Shown here one piece after another: positions 1-11,215 of a stretch of 64,000 bases of DNA. The stretch is taken from positions 120,654,001 to 120,718,000 of the forward strand of contig NW_024704742.1 in the NCBI RefSeq assembly GCF_018977255.1, written 5' to 3'. Made by a program: the position numbers and the translations under genes. A model generated the notes under the pieces. The model searched no databases. It had not been told where the DNA came from and saw only the letters and a list, made by a program, of their open reading frames with translations. How positions within the stretch are numbered: position 1 is the first letter of the stretch; each line of letters opens with the position of its first letter. The DNA is from Callorhinchus milii (Eukaryota).

Positions 1-159
1 TGAAAAGTGCCATATTAAATGCAAGGATGATTATGATTATTATTATTATGCAGTGTATACAGTGTAACACAGGGAGGAAGGAGTGGGTCAATGAGAGAGG
101 GAGAGGGAGTGAGGGAGGGAGGGAACTTTGCTACATTACCTGTCCCCGTACCTATCTCA

Positions 160-925
160 CTCCACCTTGCTAAGCCAATCTGGAACCTTGGGGTCTTGTT
201 TGAGCCTCAACTATCCTTTCTACCCCACATCTGCGCCATGACCCGCTCTGCCTTCCCCCACCTCCACAACATCACCCGGCTCCGCCACTGTCTCACACCG
301 CAGGCCACCGAAACCCTCATACATGCCGTCATTACATCGAGGTTCGACTATGCAAACTCACTCCTTGTTGGCCTCCCCAAGTCCTCCCTCCACAGGCTGC
401 AGATCATCCAGAACTCTGCAGCCCATATCCTCTCCCGCACTCGTCTCCGTGACCCTATCACCCCCATCCTTGCCCAACTCCACTGGCTTCCCATCACACA
501 GAGGATAAAGTTCAAGATCTTGGTCCTCACCTACAAAGCCCTCCAAGGTCTTGCTCCCCCCTACCTCTCCAACCCCTAAACCCCTACCACCCCATTCGCT
601 CCCTCCGCTCAGCAGGCTCCAGCCTGCTTCACGTCCCCTGCCTTGCTCACCACACTAATGGCGGGTGGGCCTTCCACCACTCTGCACCCACCCTCTGGAA
701 CTCCATCCCGCAGTCCCTCCATTTCGCCCCCTCCCTCGCCATCTTCAAGACCCACCTCAAGACCCTCCTCGACCGTGCTTTCAATCTCCCTGCTTCCCCC
801 CCTGCCCTCCCCTCTCCCACTCCGACCCTCAGCTCGGGTCCATAACTCTGTCTGTCCAGCGTTTTCGGATGTCCTCCCAACGTGAAAGGCGCTATACAAA
901 TGTAATTTTGTTGTTGTTGTTGTTA
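160..925 (+). mobile_element. L2 LINE 3' fragment
   Basis: ORF2 C-terminus (NLGVLFEPQLSF...LHWLPITQRIKFKIL), then the 3' stem-loop tail GAAAGGCGCTATACAAATG and (TTG)n. Confidence 0.93.
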
Positions 926-1554
926 TACACCGTTTCAAACCCAATAAAGGTGTTCAAGACATACGTATTATGTTCCTTTTGACACCCTTTTATTACATAG
1001 ATAATAATCAATACCTGGTAAGGACTACAATAATTAAGGTATGCCACTGAAGCCTGAAACCATGAGAGGAAAGCTCTAGAGAATAGCATTGTGTCAAAAT
1101 GAATCCCTTGTTGAAAGCTCTTATGGGTTCTGGAGTATTGAACCATGAAAGCAGAGTGAATTGGATACAGAAAAAAGTAAATGTACACTGGCAGCAAACA
1201 GTCACAGCATTCTGGAATTCAGAGAATAGTATTCTTATAAAATCAAAGAACTCGAATGAAAATAAAGGATGAAAATGTTTGTCAGTTTTCTACAGTAGAA
1301 GTTCTGAATGGTGGAGTGGAGACAGCAAAGTCATCTTGACTATAGAAAAATCTCGGATCCTTGTTTTGAAAGTAAAAAGAAAGGATGAGGCAGGGACCCA
1401 TTCATACATCAGTAAGATCAAAGAATGAGGTATGTTGAATTCTACTGGTTATTCCTGATGATATTTATTCATTTTAAAAACCTGTATCATGTCCTCTCTA
1501 AATATTTAGTTTTCCAACAAAAACAAGATACATTCTGTTACTCTCTTTACAATG

Positions 1555-1855
1555 TCAGAGATGCTGTCCCTCGGATGAGACTTTAAACCAAGGTCCCGTT
1601 TGTCTATTCAAGCGGACATTAAACTCTCAGGTCACTATTTGAAAGATAGCTGAGTTTACCGGCCAATAATCCTCCATAAAATTGGTCATTCATTTCACGG
1701 CTGTTTGTAGGGTATTGCTGTGCACACATTGGTTGCTGCATTCACTTATAAATATATAGTACACACTACACTTTACAGTAAATACTGTGAAGCACTTTGC
1801 AATGTTTGAACAACATGATAAGGCACTATATCATCTCCAATGATTATTATTATAA
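1555..1855 (+). mobile_element. old Deu-domain SINE inside decayed minus-strand CR1 sequence (~1440-2700)
   Basis: GGATGAGACTTTAAACCAAGGTCCC...GCTGTTTGTAGGGTATTGCTGTGCAC Deu-type core plus L2-like tail. Confidence 0.7.
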
Positions 1856-3739
1856 TTTAAGTCTTAAATTTTGAAATTATTGGTATCATTTTCCAAACCC
1901 ATTCCAACGCAAATGTCCTTTTCAAGATAGGATGCCCAGAATTGCACACACTATTTTAAATTTAGCCTTTCTTATCATTGAATTATACACGGTTATAATA
2001 ACATAATATTTCAACTGATGATCAAATATTCTTGAAATTCTCCTCAGTGCATGACTGATTCCTTTCTGCTTGTTCAAGTGGACGTTAAAGATCTCATGAA
2101 ACTATTTAACCGAGAACAGTTTTCTCCGGAGTTTCCCCTGCCAACGATACCCCAAATAAATTGATCATTCACCTCACGGCTATTGATAGGACTTTGGTTT
2201 GCAAAAAATGGCCTCTGTATTTATCTAGAAAAAAAGTTCCTACACTTTACAGTGATTAATGAGAAACCCTTTGAGATATTTCAATGTTATAGATGCCATA
2301 AATTGCAATTTCCTTTTGTGTTTTATTGATAACAATCTTCATGTTGAACTGGCTACCTTTTGGATATGTTCAGTAATCATACGCAGATGATCTTCCTTTA
2401 CCACATTTGCTAATGGCCCATCTAACCGGTTTATATACAACAATAACTTGCTTTTATTCGTTCTTCATATGGGGTAGCGTCTTGGAATGCTTAAAACATA
2501 ACATATATGCTTCCTGTTCTAAGATGTATTACCATATACAATATCCATCCACATTAAATTCTTCTGCCATGTCTTAGGCTGTTTTCTTAATTTGTGAAGA
2601 CCCATTTGAATAAATAAATCCTCCTAGGACACAAACTATATCTGGTACATTGCCCCACACATTCAATTTATTTACTTTATCTTGAAGATTCACATAGCAT
2701 TATTAACTGTTTTCTACGCATTTGCATAGATAATGACTGGCACAATATCCCAACGCACACTCTGGGATCCCTAGAACTTGCCAACTTGTGCCTAATACTT
2801 TCTGGAATTAGCAGGTAAGCAAGATGCGTCCGTCCAGGAAGAGAGTGCCAATCCATTTCAACAATCTATCTCTGACATTTCCATGTTTAGGTGGAATGCA
2901 TGGAATTCTCAGTTTGGTTTGGATACTCTTAAGCACGGTGATGGGTTTGTGCAAATGTCAGACACCTAGCTGACCCCACCCCTACCAAAAAAAACCCAGA
3001 ATGTCTGCATTTATGTTGCTCCTAAAATTTTCATCAAGATTATGTTATTTCGGATGCACTGAGACAGCAGCACAAGACAACACAGGTTTATGGTTCCAAA
3101 AGGCAAATTCAGAAGACACCAGAAAGTATTTATTTACCTGGAGGGTAATTAATGTCTTAGAGGGTAATGAATATCTCAGATTTATGAATCATTTCTAATT
3201 AATGGATGATTCTTATTCATCCTGTTGGTCTTTTTAGTCTATTTTCCTAACTTTACAGGCCCTTCTGCTCCTTGTTTCTTCCATGTGTCTTTAAGTCAAT
3301 CAAGAGAGTTAATTTTGTTTTATTGAGGTCCAATATGCACAATTTCCAACACGATTCCTTTAGGAAGAACTCAAGTGAAGTATGCTGCTAGTAACCGTAA
3401 ATGTGTCAGGTTGACCCACGGGAACCCTGCTCTGAAAGTAGATCATACTGGAACAGATCAGCTCCCGTGAGTTGGTCTGACGTACAATCAGATTCCTCAA
3501 TTAAGCAATTCCATTAGAAATCGTCACATATTAGACCCCATCATTTTATTTTCCCAGTTCAATTCTCATTTCATTCCCTGCAGAATTTGTCTCAAAAACT
3601 CAAAGTTTATTTTGCTAAAGCCTTACACTTCTGTCATGCTACCTTGATTTCCTCCTTTATTTCCTTAACTATCACAATGAAACAAGCAATAGGTGTAATT
3701 CTTTCATTTTTTAATTTATTAATTTTACGTGGAGTCCTG

Positions 3740-4165
3740 CAGTTTAGTTTCACGCTGCCTGGGAATCGCCTCACAAGTGAGATGACCTGAGCTTGATTCC
3801 TGGTTAGGGTGACAAATTGGGCAAGTTTCCTTTCTCCACACACCTCCGCTCACCTAGCAGTAAGTAGGAACCCAGCTGTTAGTCGATTGGCAGATTGCTT
3901 TTCCGGGCGTAATATTCCCTTAAAAAAAATAATTTGGTCACTCAATCCAAGACTGTTTGTGGGACACTGCTGTGCGCAATTGGCTGCCGCGTTTCGCCCA
4001 CAAATATACAGTGAATTCACTTTACAGTGTATTCTGTGAAACATTTTGAGACATCTTGAAGAGGTGAAAAGCGCTATATCAAATGCAAGGATTATTATTA
4101 TTTACAGTTTGTTCAAAGCACTTTGAAGACGTGATAAGGCTCTATATCAAATGCAAGGATTATTT
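3740..4165 (+). mobile_element. tRNA-derived SINE, long form, with duplicated tail
   Basis: GGAGTCCTG head, CACCTAGCAGTAAGTAGGAACC segment, Deu 3' segment, and two consecutive ...ATATCAAATGCAAGGATTATT tails. Confidence 0.88.
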
Positions 4166-6099
4166 TATGTTGTGGACCTCCAAATACAAAGTCTAACATC
4201 TAATATAACACTTAGCTCCACACATTTGTTTGTGGAGGAATAATCGTACTTAGTTAATGATAGTGAAATTATTTCTGCTTTCACGTTTTTCTCGGTTACT
4301 TTCCAGGGAGCAGATTTGCAGTACAATTCTGGTTGCTGAGGCAGGCAGGTCTGCAGTACTCCAAGGCATTGTTGATGATAGACTAGCCAATCTGGTTTAT
4401 CAGTAGACAGCCACTGGGAGCAAGATTCTTTCCAAACAGTTCCTGTTAATCTTGCAAAACAAAGCCCTAATGGGTAAGATGGTTCCAGCTGGACAAGCAG
4501 TGGGAGGCTTGCCAGGATCTTCTCAATGGCAAGTTGTGCAGTTTTAGCTGATTAACACCAGCAATATCCGAAAGTCCACTCTAGGATCCCCAAGCAGTCT
4601 TGGTTGGATACTCGTAAGCATGGTGATGGGTCTCTGCATGTGTGAGACACCGAGCTGACCAAACAAAAAGGTGAAACTTATCATTGAATGGGTTGCAGGC
4701 AGATTCTCGCTCTCTCTTTCTCTGCTCCCCTCCCCGACATCATCCTTGGCGTTAACATCTGACTCACAGCTCCCGGATGCCAGTTAATGAGTTACCAGCT
4801 TGACAGTAAACAAAAGCCTCAAAACCCTGTACCTAGTTCTCATACAATAAATATCATTGAGAAACGCTTTATGAGTCTGTCTCCTGCCCATTCGATATGA
4901 TAAATAGCCAATATTCGCAGTTATCCCTAAAAACAAAAAAAGGTGGTCATGGGTTAATTAGAAACATGAATCAGGTTCCCCACATATTGTGCAAATAAAC
5001 AGTGCTTTGTGTGTGAGATTTATTTTCGTTTTTGCTATAAAGAGTTGGTTATGTTGCTGATATAAAAGGGGAAGGGCTCAGCTAGAATATTTCCATGTAT
5101 CTGGGTCATGCAAATCATTCTCAACCCAAACGTGTGAATATCTTGAAATTAGGTCAGCTGACTGAATAGAATTAAAGAGCCTTCAAACGATTTTAAATCT
5201 CAGCTTTTCAATTACACCTAAATACAAGATGATTTGCACACACCGTGGAACCAGTTACTCTACCTCTAAATAATGAATAACTTACTATGATTCTTTACCT
5301 TTAAAAATGATTTCTTCCTTTATCATTGTCCAATTGTAGAGCTCCTGAGAGCAATTGTATCTCAATTGTAATGCAAGAAAGCACTTGCTCTTTACGTGGT
5401 ATTTGAAGCATTAGTGCAAGCATGATTATTTCAGGACCCTTCAATCCATTGCCCAATGTTTGCAAAAGAGAGAAGTAATCCACTGTATGAAATAACCAGC
5501 ATACAACACGGAAATTAATTACACTTTCTCAATAAAAATATAAAGAACCTTGTGGTAGCCTAGTCACAACGATTGAAGGTCAAAACCGTTTCAATTTAAT
5601 GCAGTCTTTCGGCAATTAAAAATACAAGCAGCAAGTGTTTTTCGAACTCTGATGGAGCGCCTCACTGAATGAAACTATCACACTGTGAAGGACAGATTGT
5701 CTCCAAGTCATAGATAAAAATAGAACAATTTAGCTTTATATTAAATTTCATCATTGATTCACTGAAATAATCAGTATTTTGCCAGCAGTTGTATTCAAAT
5801 TTACTTCTATTAATGTAATATCTTGCAAAATCTGCAGTTTCTAGAAAAATCTTACATTTTTTCCATTCTGTGGTGAGTTATCCAGATAGGACTTTGAAGA
5901 GAGCCATACTCTTCACAAGAGGCTATTATATCACAAAGGTTTAATATTTGTGGTAATTTTGTTTACGTACAACCAAACATTTGGAGTTCAGATATGTTAA
6001 ACAGTTGAAGTATGAATCAATGTTAAAAATACTGTTCTATAATTTCTCATCTATATAAAAAATTACATTAAAAGATACCAACTATGGTTTCTAATAGAG

Positions 6100-7960
6100 C
6101 AACAACAACAACAAGAAGAAGATTACATTTCTATAGCGCCTTTCATGTCGGGAGGACGTCCCAAGGCGCTGGACAGAGTACAGCATTTCAGACCCGAGCT
6201 GGGGTTAGGGGGGTAAGGGAGGGGAGGGGAGGGGAAGGGGGGTCGCCGGTGGCATGGTTGAAGAGGAGGTTTTTGAGGCAGGACTTGAAGGAGGCTAAGG
6301 ATTATTATTAAGGAGGGGGCGAGGCGGAGTGACTGGGGGATGGAGTTCCAGAGGTTGGGGGCAGAGTGGCTGAAGGCTCTCCCGCCAATGGTGGGGCGGG
6401 TGGGTAGGGGGACGTGGAGCAGGCCGGAGCCGGCTGAGCGGAGGGAACGGGCGGGTTGGTAGGGGGTTAGGAAGTCGCAGAGGTAGGGTGGGGCGAGGCC
6501 ATGGAGGGCTTTGTATGTGAAGACCAGGATTTTGAACTGGATCCTCTGAAGGATAGGGAGCCAATGGAGTCGGGCGAGAGTGGGGGAGATGGGGTCACGG
6601 AGTTTGGTGTGGGAGAGGACACGGGCTGCAGTGTTCTGAATTATCTGCAGCCTGTGAAGGGAGGAGTTGGGAATGCCGACAAGCAGGGAGTTTGTGTAGT
6701 CGAGCCTGGAGGTGATGAAGGCAGCCTGAGGGGTGAGGTAGTGGCGGAGTCGGGCGATGTTACGGAGGTGAGGGAAGGCAGAGCGGGTCACGGCTTGGAT
6801 GTGGGGAAGAAAAGACAGTTGAGGGTCGAACAAGACACCGAGGTTCTTGACTGACTTGGTGAGTTGTAGTGTGCAGCCATGGAGGTTGATGTTGCCAGAG
6901 CCTGAGGTGCTGAGGCACTGGCGCGAACCAATCAGGAGGGCCTCAGTCTCGTTCACATTCAACTGTAGGAAATTTGCACTCATCCAGGACTTGATGTCCG
7001 ACAGGCGGTCTGTCAGGACAGCAGTGGTTCTGGAGTTGAGGGTGGAGGCAGAAAGATAGAGTTGGGTGTCATCCGCATACATGTGGAAATTGACCTCATG
7101 TCTGCGGATGAAGTCACCAATGGGGAGCATATAGATATTAAAGAGGAGAGGGCCAAGGACAGAACCCTGGGGGACACCAGATGTGACAGTGCGGGGACTG
7201 GAGGAGAAACCATTAGAGGCAACGAAGTGGAGACGGTGAGATAGGAATCGAACCAGGCAAGGGTAGATCTGTGAAGATTGAGTAAAGCAGAGAGGAGGTG
7301 TATGAGGATGGAGTGGTTGACAGTGTCGAAGGCGGCAGAGAAGTCGAGGAGGACAAGGAGGCAGAGGGAGCCCTGATCACAGATGTTCAGAATGTCATTG
7401 GTGACTTTGACCAGGGGTGTTTCCGTGCTGTGGGCAGTGCGGAAACCGGTTCAAAGAGAGAATGGCGAGACAGAAAGGAGCGGAGCTGGGATGCGATGAC
7501 TCGTTCCAGGACCTTGGAGAGGAATGGGAGGTTAGAGATGGGGCGGTAGCTGGAGAGGAGGGATGGGTCCAGGGAAGGTTTTTTCAGGATGGAGGTGATG
7601 ATGCCTGTTTTCAGGGGGGTCGAAACTGAACCGGTGGACAGGGAGAGGTTGATGATATCGGATAGGAGGGGCCCAGAATGTGGAACTGGGAGATGAGGGG
7701 ATGGGATCGAGGGAGCAGGTGGTGGGTTTGAGTTTGCGGACAGTCGTGGTGAGGGAGGAGGGAGAGATAGGGTCGAAGGAGTATAGGTGGGGGGGGATGG
7801 GGGGGGACGGGGCTGAAGTGGCTGAATGTATCCCCTCGATTTTAGATTCGAGGAAGTTCAGCATCTCCTCACAGTTGGAGTTTGAGAAGAGGATGGGTGA
7901 GGTATGGGAAGGTGGACGGAGGAGATGGTTAGTGGTGGAAAAGAGAAGCCGGGGGAATGT
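6100..7960 (-). mobile_element. L2 LINE, 5'-truncated, decayed RT region
   Basis: ORF 6123-7130 contains [10 protein letters not shown]. Upstream frames give [18 protein letters not shown] and KPTTCSLDPIP. Frameshifts present; (CAA)n tail at 6100. Confidence 0.95.
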
Positions 7961-10033
7961 CCTTTGCCTCCAAGATAATAATAGTCCCATTGTATATTTA
8001 GCATGCATGTGAACTTCCTGAGCAGGTAGACAGGACAACAGTATAAAATCTAATCTGAAGAATGGCAGTGCTGTCAACTGAGCCAAACGGGCCACTGATG
8101 CTGAGCATGTAAATGATTACAATGATGCCTAAAAAGCTTCATGGTTGCATGCTAACAGGCCAAAAAAAAGGCTGTGGCTTAAACAGCAATATCTCCAAGG
8201 AATCCTGTAAAGAGTGCCGATTCAAAAGAAAGGCCCTGAACCAGGTATTTATGTGCCATACAAAGAACTGCCCAGAGAAGACCCTGTTTACTTGCATGGT
8301 TACCAGCAAGCATATTTGCTGGTAACAGTGCAGCAATGGAGAGCTTTTTCAGATGCATTATTCTTTGTCACATTCCTTATTACTTTTTTATTTTAGTTAG
8401 CTTTAGTTAACCTGTTTTATTAACAGCACATTAATAGTTGCGGTTACATCAATAAAATGATACGTGAGCAAAATTGCTGTAGAACCTTTTATTTTATCCA
8501 AGTTACGTTTACCATTTATTTCTCAAAAATAATAATAATAAATCTTACATGTGATATAGTGACTTTCACATCAAGAGGACGTCTCAAAGTGCTTCACTAG
8601 ATTTTACAGTTACATTGAGTGAAAGTAAAAGACGTGATTACTTAGACAGCACTTGAAGAGTAAGTACCCAAGCCAGCACCTTCAAAACTGGGTTCTGATA
8701 GATTGGGTAGATCGGTCTAAATTATCTGTCTTTTTTTGTCTTACAATAGATACAAAGGACATGATATTGAATGAAATTCAATTATCACAGCAGACTAAAT
8801 CCTCAACACCAGCCAGACCACCACACTACATTTTGTTTTCCCCTGAGGGAAGAGGTGTAAGACAGACTGGATGCAATGCTGTCAACAGTCTGACCGAAAC
8901 AAATTCCGTCGGGACAGGTGGAACAATTTTTCTTCAACAAATCAAATTACCACTTCTAATGAATCCTGAATTCTTTGAAGGAAACGTTACTGGGATACAA
9001 AATGTTTCAGGCATGAATTAATCTCAATTACATCAAAACATGGCTGATGATGCTTCTGTGATACACTTACAAGGAGATCTCTATGCCATGGCTGATTCCT
9101 TACTACATCCTATCTGTCTTACACAGATCAATTCATTACTTGTCTTGGCAGAACCAAATAACTGTCAGAAGTAACTCACAGTAGGGTTAGATATATTCTT
9201 GTAATTGCAGGTGAACTTTTCTTCTCTCACTTTGCAAATACATTTCACCCACATAACACAGTCAAAACCACTTTACAGTATATCCTGTGAAACTCTTTGA
9301 GATGTTTTGATGAAGGCGCTATATCAAATGCAAGTATTATTATTTTTATTAAATACTACTTGTCTCCTTTTTCCTTCCACTGGAAGTTTGGTTCCACGGG
9401 TGCTGGATCCCTCTAACAACTTGCATAAACAAACATTATTTATGCTTTTGTTGTACAACAACATGGAACATAAACCTAGTCTGGTCTTTCCTTCCCTAAT
9501 CCAGGAGAATGAGGCCACTTGTGGAACCCCTAGTTCTGCCCTAGTTGAGATCAGCTGTCTGTATAGTTGACAAACTTGCTGAGTCATCGAGGAAGCTTAG
9601 AATTTGTCATTGTAACATAATCTATTTTCTAAGCTTCTTTTGCTCACATTTTACATCAATTGCTAGCCATTTAAAAGACATCAAATTGGCACTCCATGGG
9701 AATGTTGTATAACTTGAATGATAGAAAAAAGACCGCAGCATATTAAATGCAACTACTTGGATCATTCCCAAGCTACTATTAATTCCATAATCGTAAAGAA
9801 GAAATAAGCCTAGGGGGAAGCACTTTATTTTCAAGTACTCAAAGCAATTTCAGTACAGAGACTGGGAAGGACAGACAAGATAATTCAACAACTGGAACAT
9901 GTTACCAGGAAGAGTGGCAGAGGCAGGAGTCTGGAATAATTTATGAAACAGTTTGATGCTGCAATGGGAAGACAGTAGGGTGAGTATCCTGCAAGAATGA
10001 GATTTAATGGGCTTCTTTATCCAAAACTAAAGT

Positions 10034-10351
10034 GGATTCCTGTAGTTTAGTGATTAGAGCACTCGCCTTGCAAGCAAGAGACCTGGGTTTGATTCCTAGT
10101 GGAGTGAAACCTTGGGCAAGTTTCCTTACTCCACAGGCCTGATAATAATCCCTCAAGAAAAAAAACAAATAATAATTTGGTCACTTCAATCCATGACTGT
10201 TTGTAGGACACTGCTGTGCGTAATTGGTTGCCGTGTTTCACCCATAAAATATACAGTCAATTCACTTTACAGTCTATTCTGTGAAGCGCTTTGAGATATC
10301 TAGAAGATGTGAAAAGCCCTATATCAAATGCAAGGATTATTATTATTATTA
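10034..10351 (+). mobile_element. tRNA-derived SINE, short form
   Basis: Head with CTCGC-CTTGCAA stem, Deu 3' segment, (ATT)n tail. Confidence 0.9.
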
Positions 10352-10964
10352 TAACCTCTCTTGTCATTTTGTGAAAATAATGGAGATTACATACGTCTTA
10401 ATGGTGACTCCAAGAACCACTTGGCCTGGCCTGGCCATGACACAACTTTTTAAAACATTTCATATGCAATATATTATTTTCAAAATATTGCAAAGCTACC
10501 CACTGCCTAAACATGTGCAATGTTTTGAACAGATGCATATAATTCTACACAAAATTAATTCCAGAAGTATGATAAAATAAGGTATATTTTAAAAATAATT
10601 ATTTTATTCTTATTCAATATTAGACTGATCTAATCCTTGTATTTGGTATAGCGACTTTCATGTCAGGAGGATGCCTCAAAATGCTTCACAGGATTTACTG
10701 TGAAGTTGAGTGACTGCATATTTGTAGGTGAATGTAGTAGCCCAATTGCACACAGCAATGTCCTGCAAAAAGCCATGAAACAAATGACCAATTTTATTTG
10801 GGGAACTGTAAGCCAGGACATCAAGAGAAACTCCCTTCTCTATTACAATATAGATGCAGACCATTATATTCACAACTAAAAAATGTATGAATTTCTTTTA
10901 GCAGCTTCAGCTTTTAGAATTCATAGATTAATCTTGAATAAATTAAAAGAGTTAAATGTATTTA

Positions 10965-11215
10965 CAACAACAACTTGCATTTATATAATGCCCCTCATGT
11001 AGGGTAGTGTCCCAGAGGTGTAGCAGAGCATGACGAGGGAAGGGGAGGTGACCATAGGCACGGTCGAAGAGGAAGATCTTCAGGCGCGACCTGAAGATGG
11101 GGAAGGAAGGGGCAAGGCTGAGGGATAGAGGAAGAATGTTCCAGAGTTTCAGGGCGTAGAGGCTGAAATCGCGGCCACCAATGGTGGAATGGAGGGTACG
11201 AGGAACATGCAGACC
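10965..11215 (-). mobile_element. L2 3' end
   Basis: (CAA)n CTTGCATTTATATAATGCC tail followed by ORF2-end sequence. Confidence 0.8.

Noticed and set aside
6123..7130. Active or domesticated reverse transcriptase
   Set aside because: 5'-truncated, frameshifted upstream, with internal deletions and an insertion scar.
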